Numbered from the stretch's first letter, positions 1 to 8,945 are shown. The stretch: DNA of 20,000 bases from an uncultured virus (IMG/VR IMGVR_UViG_3300044675_006580) (IMGVR_UViG_3300044675_006580), one strand, 5' to 3'. Made by a program: numbers and translations. Notes: generated by a model from the sequence alone, not told the origin.

Positions 1-154
1 AAGTATAACGTTCGTGAATAGAACAATAGTTTGTAAAGTTATATATAGAAAGAAGAGTCTTACAGTTAGTGTGGTGACACTGTCTTTTGGTATCTGAATG
101 GTTGACCTTGGAAGGTCGATCTATTCTAGCTGTAACGTTTATCTTGTTGCTCAT
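1..154 (-). CDS. Small hypothetical protein, truncated by the window edge, with possible Zn-binding Cys/His residues
   Basis: ATG at 154 overlaps the upstream stop (ATGA). The frame MSNKINVTARIDRPSKVNHSDTKRQCHHTNCKTLLSIYNFTNYCSIHERYT stays open to base 1. Confidence 0.55.
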   Translation of the reverse strand, partial: MSNKINVTARIDRPSKVNHSDTKRQCHHTNCKTLLSIYNFTNYCSIHERYT

Positions 155-414
155 AATGTGTAAGCATCTCCGTTTTGCTGTATTTTAGAATCTTCATAAG
201 GAGCTACTATACGACGATAGAGCTCAAGCTTTGCACATTCTAATGCTCCAATGGCAGCATTAATGTTAGCATAATTCTTACCATGGGAGTTAATGTAATG
301 ATCGACTAGCTTGGTGATACAATAGTTAAGATCACCAGCAGTATGAATCACTGTTGATTTAAATGTCAACCGTTGGTCAAAGAACTCACGGTCTTCTTGT
401 TTAATGTAAGGCAT
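151..414 (-). CDS. Conserved phage protein (DUF6899-like)
   Basis: Pattern MPYI...GDLNY.IT.L...IGALECAKLELYRR...PYED.KI..NGD recalled from phage proteins. Start moved to the MPYI ATG at 414. Confidence 0.7.
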   Translation of the reverse strand: MPYIKQEDREFFDQRLTFKSTVIHTAGDLNYCITKLVDHYINSHGKNYANINAAIGALECAKLELYRRIVAPYEDSKIQQNGDAYTL

Positions 415-415
415 T

Positions 416-571
416 TTATTGGTCCTGTTCTGGGTAATACCAATTTTTTGTAGGAGAATAAGCAATTCGAGAAGCAACATAAAAGATTAATAGTGCAAAA
501 AATTGCATGAATAAAGATTCAGTTAACCCTATATAGAGTAACCAAATATACATAAAAATAGTTTTTAGCAT
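416..571 (-). CDS. Small membrane protein
   Basis: Hydrophobic ORF MLKTIFMYIWLLYIGL...FFALLIFYVA. The longer ORF-track version overlaps the tRNA. Confidence 0.5.
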   Translation of the reverse strand: MLKTIFMYIWLLYIGLTESLFMQFFALLIFYVASRIAYSPTKNWYYPEQDQ

Positions 572-573
572 AG

Positions 574-647
574 TGGGCTCTGTGGGACTTGAACCCACGA
601 CCAACGGATTATGAGTCCGGCGCTCTAACCAACTGAGCTAAGAGCCC
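574..647 (-). tRNA. tRNA with CAU anticodon, most like tRNA-Ile2 (Met not excluded)
   Basis: Minus strand GGGCTCTTAGCTCAGTTGGTTAGAGCGCCGGACTCATAATCCGTTGGTCGTGGGTTCAAGTCCCACAGAGCCCA folds as a cloverleaf with anticodon loop CTCATAA. No encoded CCA. Confidence 0.93.
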
Positions 648-794
648 GAAGAACAGTTGTGACCACCTGTGTCTGGGGTCAAGTGGATTGGTATATTCAC
701 TTTGTGGACAGGACAATCGTAAACGAGTGTTAACCTGTAGCAATGGGGACTGTTAGCTCCCAAGTAATTAGTGATTGCACATCACTGCATAGCA

Positions 795-923
795 TTAATC
801 ACCTGAGACTGGAACTCTCAAGGTAAATGTACCAAATACAATCCGATACTGAGGAGTCTCTGTATTTTGTATTTCCTCTGAAGGAGATTCAATAGGACGT
901 TCTTCTATTTGTACTGGAGACAT
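795..923 (-). CDS. Small hypothetical protein
   Basis: MSPVQIEERP... with GAAGGA upstream; begins right after the stop of the 925-1125 ORF. Confidence 0.45.
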   Translation of the reverse strand: MSPVQIEERPIESPSEEIQNTETPQYRIVFGTFTLRVPVSGD

Positions 924-924
924 A

Positions 925-1125
925 TTATAGTTTTCCTTCTTTAGGAATGTAAATTTTAATTTTAGCTGATGTAAACATAACTGAAGGCTGATCATACTTT
1001 TCGTATTCATAACCTATATCAAGGCGTTCATCTATTTCATCTTGAAGCAATTCAACTGCTTCGGCATCGTCTTGAAATTCACCAGGAATGTCTGCATAAA
1101 TTTCAACAGTAAGTTTAACTTTCAT
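925..1125 (-). CDS. Small acidic hypothetical protein
   Basis: 66-aa ORF coupled to the upstream gene by TAATG. Confidence 0.65.
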   Translation of the reverse strand: MKVKLTVEIYADIPGEFQDDAEAVELLQDEIDERLDIGYEYEKYDQPSVMFTSAKIKIYIPKEGKL

Positions 1126-1319
1126 TAATCCTCAAGGGTTGCAATATAGTTTTTGATAGCAAGATCAATAACTGGTTGATATTGTGACCAAATATCATCG
1201 TCTGCTGTAGAAACGCCATAAGGTATTTGGCCATCATTATAAAGTTGATTATAAGCTTGAGTTAAAAAAACTAATTGAACGTCTTCTTCAAGATTATCAA
1301 AGTCTAAAATAGTTGACAT
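1125..1319 (-). CDS. Hypothetical protein
   Basis: 64-aa ORF with a GAGGT ribosome-binding site. Confidence 0.65.
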   Translation of the reverse strand: MSTILDFDNLEEDVQLVFLTQAYNQLYNDGQIPYGVSTADDDIWSQYQPVIDLAIKNYIATLED

Positions 1320-1321
1320 AT

Positions 1322-1486
1322 TTATACCTCATGAGTAGGAGTAGCGTTTTCTGTTAATAATAAATATAAACGAATATCTAAAAGTAAGTCGGTCATCTCA
1401 GCTGATGAAACAAGCTGCTGACCTGAAATGTCTCCAATGGCTTTGTCAACCATTTGGATAGCATTAGTTTTTGGATTAATAGTCAT
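1322..1486 (-). CDS. Small hypothetical protein (54 aa, absent from the ORF track)
   Basis: MTINPKTNAIQMVDKAIGDISGQQLVSSAEMTDLLLDIRLYLLL...; ATGA overlap with the upstream gene and a GGAGGG RBS. Confidence 0.6.
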   Translation of the reverse strand: MTINPKTNAIQMVDKAIGDISGQQLVSSAEMTDLLLDIRLYLLLTENATPTHEV

Positions 1487-1764
1487 TGCGTTTGCCCTCC
1501 ACGTTTTTTATATATAGTAACTGCTTTTTCTAAGGTGGTGCAGTAATCACCATTCGATGCTTCAAAACCTTGAGGCCTTGCTATTACGCTCCATACTACA
1601 TATGGATGAAGTTCATTTTCTCCACAACAGATAGTTATCCAATGAGCATAACTATCGCCAGGAATCCTATTTGCTATTTTAGTAGAAGCAATAACGATAC
1701 GGTTAGTGCTCCCTACAATGTCTCCAATGTGAAGTTCATTGTTTAAGTTTAGTTCATTTGTCAT
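1483..1764 (-). CDS. Hypothetical protein
   Basis: ORF from MTNELNL; ATG lies 2 nt after the tRNA-Lys discriminator. Confidence 0.65.
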   Translation of the reverse strand: MTNELNLNNELHIGDIVGSTNRIVIASTKIANRIPGDSYAHWITICCGENELHPYVVWSVIARPQGFEASNGDYCTTLEKAVTIYKKRGGQTQ

Positions 1765-1766
1765 AG

Positions 1767-1839
1767 TACGCCCTCCGGGTCTCGAACCCGGGACCAATAG
1801 ATTAAAAGTCTACTGCTCTACCAACTGAGCTAAAGGCGC
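1767..1839 (-). tRNA. tRNA-Lys(UUU)
   Basis: Minus strand GCGCCTTTAGCTCAGTTGGTAGAGCAGTAGACTTTTAATCTATTGGTCCCGGGTTCGAGACCCGGAGGGCGTA; anticodon loop CTTTTAA. No encoded CCA. Confidence 0.95.
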
Positions 1840-1845
1840 GTAGTG

Positions 1846-2022
1846 CTACCTATTAGCCTGCCACCAACGATCGTCTAGATCTTGGTCAGGTGAATCTGAT
1901 TTTTGAGAATGCTTGCGAGCAGACTCAACCATTTCCTTAATTTCTTTATCTTCTTCACGAATAGCAATAAAAGTAAAGATGCCCCATAAAGTACCCAGTG
2001 CAATGATTACATAAGTTAACAT
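1846..2022 (-). CDS. Small membrane-anchored protein (58 aa)
   Basis: MLTYVIIALGTLWGIFTFIAIREEDKEIKEMV...DDRWWQANR; N-terminal hydrophobic helix. Confidence 0.5.
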   Translation of the reverse strand: MLTYVIIALGTLWGIFTFIAIREEDKEIKEMVESARKHSQKSDSPDQDLDDRWWQANR

Positions 2023-2195
2023 TAGAAGTATCTTTTCTTTATAAAGTCAAAAATATAGACAACAAAAAAAGCAATCAATATATTATAAATAATCATTCTA
2101 AATCCTCCTGAGTTAAAGATCAGTATTTTCCAAAATCCAAATAGAAAAACCAATAATAGAATAAAATATCACTAAAGTTATTAATACTTTAATCA

Positions 2196-2408
2196 TTAAG
2201 GATAGATATCATCGATAGTAGTAGGTTCAACTATATCTAGTGTTTGTAGAACTTTTTTAAGCTTTTTAGTTTTTTTAATTTTATAACCAGCTGCATTAAG
2301 ATCTTGAATAATCTTTTCTGGAATACCATGCCAGATTACAATACCAGAAGCAGTTAAAGAATGAGCAATAATATCAAGCTTATGCTTTTTGTGAAGTTTA
2401 AATATCAT
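2196..2408 (-). CDS. Hypothetical protein
   Basis: 70-aa ORF with a TAAGGA RBS. Confidence 0.6.
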   Translation of the reverse strand: MIFKLHKKHKLDIIAHSLTASGIVIWHGIPEKIIQDLNAAGYKIKKTKKLKKVLQTLDIVEPTTIDDIYP

Positions 2409-2504
2409 TAATTAATCCTTATGTGTGTAAGCATCGTAAACTATTCTTAGAATAAAGAATGTAAACAATGTGTTGAATAAGAGTACAGTTTTGTACACTA
2501 AGAA

Positions 2505-2705
2505 TTATACAGGACGAACGTTGTTTGCTTCAGGACCTTTACGGCCTTCACCAATCTCGAACTCGACACTCTGACCTGTGACAAGTCCACGTCGGCCAGA
2601 TCCTTCTATATTAGAAGAATGAACAAAGATGTCTCCATCTGTTTCTGTAGAAATAAAGCCAAAGCCTTTTTCTTCATTAAAAAATTTTACAATACCTGTA
2701 GGCAT
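2505..2705 (-). CDS. cspA: Cold-shock protein (CspA family)
   Basis: Canonical [15 protein letters not shown] (RNP1), DIFVHSS (RNP2) and GRKGPEA.NV in 66 aa. Confidence 0.95.
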   Translation of the reverse strand: MPTGIVKFFNEEKGFGFISTETDGDIFVHSSNIEGSGRRGLVTGQSVEFEIGEGRKGPEANNVRPV

Positions 2706-2745
2706 TAGTACTCGTTTCTATTATATTATTTGTTTGTTTATTTGT

Positions 2746-3021
2746 TTAATTATTATTTAAAAAATTAACTAAAATAACATTATCGTTATCTGTCGTTTGA
2801 TCGTTTTTATAATAAAGAATTTTAGATTTAGCTACTTGAAAAGATAGCGAACCGTGGTCGAAGGTATCACGATAAAAATAAAGAATTTCATTTTCAGACA
2901 TTTGGATATCTAAACGATATCCATCTTCTGCTAAAAAATATTTTAAAGCAGATTGTATAGAATCAAAATGATCGTGAATTACACCTTCGTTTGAACGAGT
3001 GTAGTATATAGGATTAGACAT
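2746..3021 (-). CDS. Hypothetical protein
   Basis: ORF from MSNPIYY; TAATG-coupled to the upstream gene. Confidence 0.6.
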   Translation of the reverse strand: MSNPIYYTRSNEGVIHDHFDSIQSALKYFLAEDGYRLDIQMSENEILYFYRDTFDHGSLSFQVAKSKILYYKNDQTTDNDNVILVNFLNNN

Positions 3022-3233
3022 TACAGGTATGTCCATTGATCAATTCCAGGAATAAGACCTAATGTAGATCCATTTTCCCAGTTTACAAAAACAGTACCAT
3101 TGTCATCAACATAGTTAATAACACCTTGGGTACCAGGAGTTAAAGCAGTAAATTCATCAGTACAACTAATTAATTGAACTTTTTTTCCAATAAGAGTTTT
3201 ACCGAATTGGGCATATATGTGATCGTTTTTCAT
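3021..3233 (-). CDS. DUF4314-like SH3-fold protein
   Basis: Motif G..V.L....D.....PGT.G.I.YVDD.GTVFV.W.NGS.LGL.PG.D.W. Confidence 0.8.
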   Translation of the reverse strand: MKNDHIYAQFGKTLIGKKVQLISCTDEFTALTPGTQGVINYVDDNGTVFVNWENGSTLGLIPGIDQWTYL

Positions 3234-3345
3234 TTGTTTGTTTTCTTATATAAATAAATTGTAACAATAAGATTAGCGATTCCTATTGACCAACCAATTA
3301 AGTATTTTATCATTGTATTAATCCTTGTGAGTTGATTAAGTTGTG

Positions 3346-3615
3346 CTACCAACCGCAGCGTGAAAATATAATTGCACTTGATACTACGTATATAAGTAAA
3401 AGAATTTCATACCTATAACGAGAGTAAGCTCTAGCAGCACGTATGCCTTTACGATATAGTCTATCTTGTTTTCTAGCTAATTCATTATCGTCTGTGCGAA
3501 ATGGATAAGTAAAAAAATGATGATCTTCTATTGTTTGATTATGCTTCATTCCGTAATCAATGCCGTCAGTATACGGTCTGACTTTTGGAATTAAAGTATT
3601 AATTAGTTTTTTCAT
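3346..3615 (-). CDS. Hypothetical protein with a C-terminal hydrophobic segment
   Basis: 89-aa ORF ending in ILLLIYVVSSAIIF. Confidence 0.55.
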   Translation of the reverse strand: MKKLINTLIPKVRPYTDGIDYGMKHNQTIEDHHFFTYPFRTDDNELARKQDRLYRKGIRAARAYSRYRYEILLLIYVVSSAIIFSRCGW

Positions 3616-3624
3616 AGAAAGTAA

Positions 3625-3753
3625 TTAGTTAACTAATGACGAGATAACAAAACCAATTACCAATGCTAGTGCGCCAAGTGCTAACATAGTTATGCCGACT
3701 TGTCTCATAGCAGAAGGAGTTGGCTTTGAGTCAGAAGATGGATGTTGATTCAT
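3625..3753 (-). CDS. Small membrane peptide (42 aa)
   Basis: MNQHPSSDSKPTPSAMRQVGITMLALGALALVIGFVISSLVN with an AAAGGA RBS. Confidence 0.55.
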   Translation of the reverse strand: MNQHPSSDSKPTPSAMRQVGITMLALGALALVIGFVISSLVN

Positions 3754-3771
3754 TTTTTCCTTTATTATAGT

Positions 3772-3791
3772 GTATTGCATATTGTATCACA
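3772..3791 (-). promoter_or_regulatory. Extended -10 promoter-like element TGTGATACAATATG
   Basis: TG-n-TACAAT on the minus strand; 18/20 identical to 17157-17176. Confidence 0.55.
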
Positions 3792-3794
3792 GAG

Positions 3795-3877
3795 TACCCG
3801 AAACCGGACTTGAACCGGTAAGATCTTGCGATCCGGGGGGTTTAAGCCCCCTGCGTCTGCCATTCCGCCACTCGGGT
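3795..3877 (-). tRNA. tRNA-Leu(UAA)
   Basis: Minus strand ACCCGAGTGGCGGAATGGCAGACGCAGGGGGCTTAAACCCCCCGGATCGCAAGATCTTACCGGTTCAAGTCCGGTTTCGGGTA; long variable arm, anticodon TAA. Confidence 0.95.
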
Positions 3878-3882
3878 GAGGT

Positions 3883-4143
3883 TTAATCTAGATTTTCAAT
3901 ACTAGATTGATAGTCTTGATAGCTCATCCCAGAAGTAGTTAATATATTATAAACAGAATTGTAATGAGATTGTAAGTCTACAATTTGATCTTGAGACAAT
4001 TTACAATCTGGAATAGAAACATATCCTGGATAGGTAGTATCTTCTGCACTCATTATAGACTGCACCCAATTGATAAGATATTGGGTAGATTTAATTGTTG
4101 TTAAGTCTTCAGAAGAAGACGTGATCATAATAGACATTGACAT
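3883..4143 (-). CDS. Hypothetical protein
   Basis: 86-aa ORF. Confidence 0.55.
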   Translation of the reverse strand: MSMSIMITSSSEDLTTIKSTQYLINWVQSIMSAEDTTYPGYVSIPDCKLSQDQIVDLQSHYNSVYNILTTSGMSYQDYQSSIENLD

Positions 4144-4329
4144 AATAGGGCTTTCAGTTATTGGATTTAATTATTTTATCCTTCAAACATTCAATACATA
4201 AGTATTGGTTATACTTAATAGATTTGTTTACGTTTTTAGAAACTAAACCACAGTCAGCACAAGTATGATTGATATCTCTGTGTTGATACAAATTTTGTAT
4301 GGGTTTAGTATCTTTCTTCATCTATATTT

Positions 4330-4722
4330 TTAATATACAGATTTCATTAATAAAGATACTTGTTGAAGAGTTTCATAACTAACGGAATTGTAGATTCCTT
4401 CAGAAACACAGGGACCAAGAAGTAGACAAGGACCATATAAGGTCTTAGTGTAATTTTTAGAGTTTGTTCTATATATAGAAGTGGCAAAAAAATTAATTAA
4501 ATAATCAATATTTAAATAAGAATTACATAGAGCTATGTTAAAGTTTTTATTGACTTCTATAAAAGATACATTATTAGAACTAAATACATAAGAAATTATT
4601 GAAGCGTAATCATCTGTTAAAACAGAAGGGTATTCTTTAGGAGGAACACTGATTGCTTTAATGGATTTAGATGGATTAGGTAATCCATTAATGGTATTGC
4701 TTAAGATAGAATTTCTATCCAT
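4330..4722 (-). CDS. Hypothetical protein
   Basis: 130-aa ORF starting 1 nt after the protease stop. Confidence 0.6.
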   Translation of the reverse strand: MDRNSILSNTINGLPNPSKSIKAISVPPKEYPSVLTDDYASIISYVFSSNNVSFIEVNKNFNIALCNSYLNIDYLINFFATSIYRTNSKNYTKTLYGPCLLLGPCVSEGIYNSVSYETLQQVSLLMKSVY

Positions 4723-4723
4723 A

Positions 4724-6316
4724 TTACTTTTTCTTACATTTAGAAAGTTTAAGATTACACTTGGTAGAAAACTGAACAGTTTTAGTAGACTTAATAATAG
4801 GCTTATTCTTGGGATAAATGTTTATTCTAGTGCTATAAGCTGTTTTAGTACCATAAATGGTGAGACCATAAAATTGACAATAGTCAATTGCTGAAGCAGG
4901 AACTAAAAGCTTATAGGAGTGAAAAGAATATACATCTTGTTTTGGAATAGTATAAGTATTTAAGTTATTACAGAACAATTCATAATGAGTTATAAATTGT
5001 TTATTTTGATAAGGGTCACGATATTTAACCCAAACAAAGTTCTTGTATAAACCATTTAAATCAAGAAGAATAGGTTTTGGAATACGAGGTAAAGTTAAAG
5101 GAGGAGGAACAACAGTAGTAGTAGTAGTAGTAGTAGATGTAGTGACTGGGATAGGAAGAGTAGTTGTAGTAGAGGTGGTAGATGTAGTAGTAACTACAGG
5201 CAAAGTGGTGGTAGTAGTAGCAGGTAAGGTGGTTGTGGTAGTTGTTGAAACAACTGGAAGAGTGGTGGTAGTGCTAGGAATTGTAGTAGTAGACACTGGA
5301 GTATCTGTAAACATTGATGTAAAATCTAGTCTAGGTACAGATAGATTTGTATAAGCATCTTTAGAAGTTTTGGAGGCAGATTTAAAGTCTGAAACAACTT
5401 TATCTACTGATTGAATGCCGAATTTAGAACGATAGACTGCAAATGCTCCAGCTACATGAGGAGTAGCCATAGAGGTACCTGAAGCAGATTGATATGCAGT
5501 CCCACTAGAAGAAGATGTAATTCTAAATCCAGGAGCAGATAAAGTAGTATATTTATTTACATTTGAAAAATCTGTGATTGAAGATGTATTAGTATAAACA
5601 GCAGCAACAGAAACAGAATGAGATATACAAGCAGGAGCACTCATGCCATAAGCATAGTTATTTCCTGAGGCTATAACTGTAGCTATATTAAGATCTTTAA
5701 GAGACTTAATAGCAGAAGTCATTTCAGGTATATAAGCATCACAAGATGTTGTAAAATTAGTAGCTCCACCAAGAGACATATTAATTGAAGTTATATTGTA
5801 CTGTGAGGAAATTGAGTTAAGCCAATTTAAAGCTTTAATAATATCATTATCGTATGCAGCTCCAGATGAGTCAAAAACATTGATAGCAATAATTTTTGCT
5901 TGAGGAGCTACTCCATGAAAGCCAGAATTGCTACCAGCTACAATGCCTGCAACATGGGTACCATGCCAGTGAACTGGCTTAGCTGCACCAGCTCCAATCA
6001 TAGAAGTAGTTCCATTGGGGCATTTAGCAGCAAAGCAAGCTTCTAGGGCTACACGTCCTTCAAGAAAAGGATGAGAAGAATTGACACCAGTATCAATTAC
6101 GGCGACATAAGAGTCTTGACCTTTATAGTTAAGATCATAAGGGATGTTAGCTCCAATAAACGGAATAGATTCAGTTAAACTAAAAGTAAACTTAACTGGA
6201 CCTTTTGCGCGTGCAACGTCATATGTCGTAGCAGTTGCGTCGTTTATTCTGTATGAACAGATGGAAAAGAGTAATGTGGCACTCAAAAAGAGTGATTTAA
6301 ATTTAAAAATATTCAT
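4724..6316 (-). CDS. Secreted subtilisin-like serine protease (S8) with a Thr-rich linker
   Basis: Triad motifs VAVIDTG, HGTHVAG and SGTSMATPHVAG; oxyanion region ASGN; signal-peptide-like MNIFKFKSLFLSATLLFSIC. Start at 6316 is TAATG-coupled to the helicase stop. Confidence 0.93.
   Translation of the reverse strand: MNIFKFKSLFLSATLLFSICSYRINDATATTYDVARAKGPVKFTFSLTESIPFIGANIPYDLNYKGQDSYVAVIDTGVNSSHPFLEGRVALEACFAAKCPNGTTSMIGAGAAKPVHWHGTHVAGIVAGSNSGFHGVAPQAKIIAINVFDSSGAAYDNDIIKALNWLNSISSQYNITSINMSLGGATNFTTSCDAYIPEMTSAIKSLKDLNIATVIASGNNYAYGMSAPACISHSVSVAAVYTNTSSITDFSNVNKYTTLSAPGFRITSSSSGTAYQSASGTSMATPHVAGAFAVYRSKFGIQSVDKVVSDFKSASKTSKDAYTNLSVPRLDFTSMFTDTPVSTTTIPSTTTTLPVVSTTTTTTLPATTTTTLPVVTTTSTTSTTTTLPIPVTTSTTTTTTTVVPPPLTLPRIPKPILLDLNGLYKNFVWVKYRDPYQNKQFITHYELFCNNLNTYTIPKQDVYSFHSYKLLVPASAIDYCQFYGLTIYGTKTAYSTRINIYPKNKPIIKSTKTVQFSTKCNLKLSKCKKK
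5100..5300 (-). repeat. Low-complexity coding repeat (TTTTTLP-type Thr/Pro linker)
   Basis: GTA/GTG trinucleotide runs on the + strand encoding repeated TTTT(T)LP. Confidence 0.85.
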
Positions 6317-7986
6317 TAATATCTTTTCTTGTAGTCTATTTTGTTTTGAAGCCATTTAGGCTTAGGGTTATTCTCGTAATAACGAGAGATGATTTGACTT
6401 GCCATACCCTTAGTCATGTCTGACGTAATGGGTATTCCAATTCTTTTTAAAAGTTTTTGTTGAGAATCTGTGGGAGAATCAACTCTCCAAGCAGCGGATG
6501 AATCAAGTAGTGCAACAGATGCTGCACGATTGTTTTGAATCCATTTGTCTGAACGAGCAAATGCTTCTCTAATGTCTGAGACAGTACCTAGAAGGGTAGT
6601 TGTTTTAGCATGGTTGTCATGTATAGTTACATTCCAACGACCAAGAGTATCGCATTTAATGCGCATGTACTCTGTATTGTTTAAGCCAAGATGGTAATCG
6701 TCTTCGCCAATTTCAGCCCAAACAAGTTTGGAATACTCTTGCACAATAGGGTTAGGGGGAGGAGGCATAAACAAGTTAATGCGAGTATAAGCTATTTCGA
6801 TGTCATCAGGATTGAGAACACGAACAGCTTCACCTGGACAGTAAGCTTCAAGTTCTTCAAACTTTTCAGCGACGTCTGTTAGACTCTGTCCTTGTAAATC
6901 GAATTCTGGTGGAAGACCCAACAGAGTAGGAAGGCCAATAGGCTTCTTTCCTATCGTGGTGTCTGCAATATCTATAATTATACAATGCTTTTTACTTTCA
7001 TGTAGGCGAGTTCCTCGTCCAACTATTTGAGTATAAAGTAAAGTTGATCGGGTAGGTTTTGCTAGAATAATGGTTTGAAGAGATGGCTCATCAAAGCCTT
7101 CAGTCAAAACGCCAACATTTACAATAACGGAAATCTGGCCAGTTGCAAACTGAGCAAGGATGCTTTCTCGTTCTTCTCGTGGAGTTGTTCCCACGATTAC
7201 GGCGGTTGTTACCGACGCTTGTTTAAAGGATAAGGCCAAGTTTTCGGCGTGTCTGACGCCGGATGCGAATACAATGGCTTTCGTATCCATTGCCAAATTG
7301 CGATAAGTGGCAACGACAAAAGCGTTACGCTCAGGAGTATCCACTTTTTGTTCAAGCTGATCTTGGGCATATTCACCATTCCTTATTTCTACATCAGAGA
7401 TGTCTACGTTTGTTTTAACTCTATAGCCGACGAGAGGACAAAGCCATCCGTCTTTAATTAGATCTTGTATGGATTTATAGTATACTATTTCTTCAAATAC
7501 GTCAATTAACCTAGTTGAATCTGACCTCTGTGGCGTTGCAGTAACGCCCAAGAGGAAATCAGGAGAGAAATAATCAATAATTCTTCTATAAGTAGGAGCA
7601 GCAGCATGATGGGCCTCATCTATAACTATAGTTTTAAAGTAATCTTTAGGATAAGCTTCAATACGAGGAGTATTGTTTCTACCTAAAGTAGCAACACTGG
7701 CAACGACTACGTCGACATGGCCAGCTTTGCGTTCTGCTTGTTCAATTTCTACAACAAGATTAGGATTAGAAGCCATAATCTTATTGCGAGCTTGTTCAAG
7801 TAATTCAGCTCTATGAGCTAAGACTAACATTGGCAAAGAATCTTTGCGCAATATGGGGAGGTGTGAAAATAAAATAGTTTTACCTGCACCCGTGGGTAAA
7901 ACAACAAGTTGCCTATTAATGCCATTAGCTTCATTAGCTATAATAGCATCGAGTGCTTCTTGTTGATATGGGCGAAGGGAGATCAT
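6316..7986 (-). CDS. SF2 DEAD/DEAH-box helicase (ResIII/Irc3-like)
   Basis: LRPYQ, Walker A PTGAGKT, DEAHH, TATP, LTEGFDEP and QIVGRGTR motifs. Confidence 0.95.
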   Translation of the reverse strand: MISLRPYQQEALDAIIANEANGINRQLVVLPTGAGKTILFSHLPILRKDSLPMLVLAHRAELLEQARNKIMASNPNLVVEIEQAERKAGHVDVVVASVATLGRNNTPRIEAYPKDYFKTIVIDEAHHAAAPTYRRIIDYFSPDFLLGVTATPQRSDSTRLIDVFEEIVYYKSIQDLIKDGWLCPLVGYRVKTNVDISDVEIRNGEYAQDQLEQKVDTPERNAFVVATYRNLAMDTKAIVFASGVRHAENLALSFKQASVTTAVIVGTTPREERESILAQFATGQISVIVNVGVLTEGFDEPSLQTIILAKPTRSTLLYTQIVGRGTRLHESKKHCIIIDIADTTIGKKPIGLPTLLGLPPEFDLQGQSLTDVAEKFEELEAYCPGEAVRVLNPDDIEIAYTRINLFMPPPPNPIVQEYSKLVWAEIGEDDYHLGLNNTEYMRIKCDTLGRWNVTIHDNHAKTTTLLGTVSDIREAFARSDKWIQNNRAASVALLDSSAAWRVDSPTDSQQKLLKRIGIPITSDMTKGMASQIISRYYENNPKPKWLQNKIDYKKRY

Positions 7987-8007
7987 ATTTTAGTTCCTTT
8001 TTAAAAA

Positions 8008-8193
8008 TTAAAATCCAAACAGATCTATGTCACCATAGAATTGTTCGACAATCATTTTACTTTCAACCCTACGAATATAGTCAACTTCAATTATTTTACC
8101 ACAGATAACAGTATCATCGTGAATGATACAAGTTTTATCTGAGTTAATTTTAGGTTGAGTAATGGGTGGTTTTTTTTCGATTAATGCTAACAT
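8008..8193 (-). CDS. Hypothetical protein
   Basis: 61-aa ORF filling the gap between co-oriented genes. Confidence 0.5.
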   Translation of the reverse strand: MLALIEKKPPITQPKINSDKTCIIHDDTVICGKIIEVDYIRRVESKMIVEQFYGDIDLFGF

Positions 8194-8198
8194 AAGAA

Positions 8199-8858
8199 TT
8201 ATCCAAACTTGATAGCTATTGAATTCTTGTCATCAATGTTTTGTTCGTTCAAGATTTCATAATGAAATCCATTGACATTGAAGTAACGAAGTACTTCTTC
8301 ATAAGTGAATGGACCAGAATTGTTTGAATGTGAAAACACAAAAAATAATTCTACCATATCACCTAGTGGAGAATCTCCGCTAGTGATACTATGAGTTACC
8401 TTGTTGATGAAAGATTCTTGCATAAGCCAGTTAATAGTATTATCTGAGTTATAAGTGTATGGGGTTGTATAGATTAAGCAATGGTCAGGAGTTACAAATG
8501 TAACAACCATTGCATCTTTTTTAGTATCGTCAGCAGAAGTTACTGTTACGTCGGTTGCGATGATAAATAATTCTGAAGATATAGACATTGGGAAATAAAG
8601 CATTTCAGCCAAAGCAATATAAAGATCATCCTTATTTTCTGTGTCACGACAGGTAACTACGCCAACGATATTTTGATGACAACTAAATACAGACATAGTT
8701 GGGTGAAATGAATCACGACCAAATTTGTCTACATGTTGTTCAAAGAATTTTTGAAACTTTAAATATTCTGAGTAGGGATTCTTGCAGATGTAAGATACAT
8801 CTGAATCAAACTTCTCAGCAGATTCAAAGTAAAGATTATTAGAGTCTTCGTGAGACAT
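8199..8858 (-). CDS. Hypothetical protein
   Basis: 219-aa ORF with an AAGGA RBS. Confidence 0.75.
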   Translation of the reverse strand: MSHEDSNNLYFESAEKFDSDVSYICKNPYSEYLKFQKFFEQHVDKFGRDSFHPTMSVFSCHQNIVGVVTCRDTENKDDLYIALAEMLYFPMSISSELFIIATDVTVTSADDTKKDAMVVTFVTPDHCLIYTTPYTYNSDNTINWLMQESFINKVTHSITSGDSPLGDMVELFFVFSHSNNSGPFTYEEVLRYFNVNGFHYEILNEQNIDDKNSIAIKFG

Positions 8859-8872
8859 GAGGTTTCCTTGTT

Positions 8873-8923
8873 AAAATAAAAAAGGGTGTCCGCAAGTAGA
8901 ATAATCTACTCACGAACACCCTT
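8873..8923 (-). terminator. Rho-independent terminator after the 846-aa gene
   Basis: Minus strand AAGGGTGTTC-GTGAGTAGATTATTCTACTTGC-GGACACCCTT followed by TTTTATTTT. Confidence 0.75.
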
Positions 8924-8945
8924 AAATTAGTGGGATATGGCAATG

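Noticed and set aside
5043..5354. Val-rich + strand ORF
   Set aside because: It is the antisense shadow of the protease Thr-rich linker.
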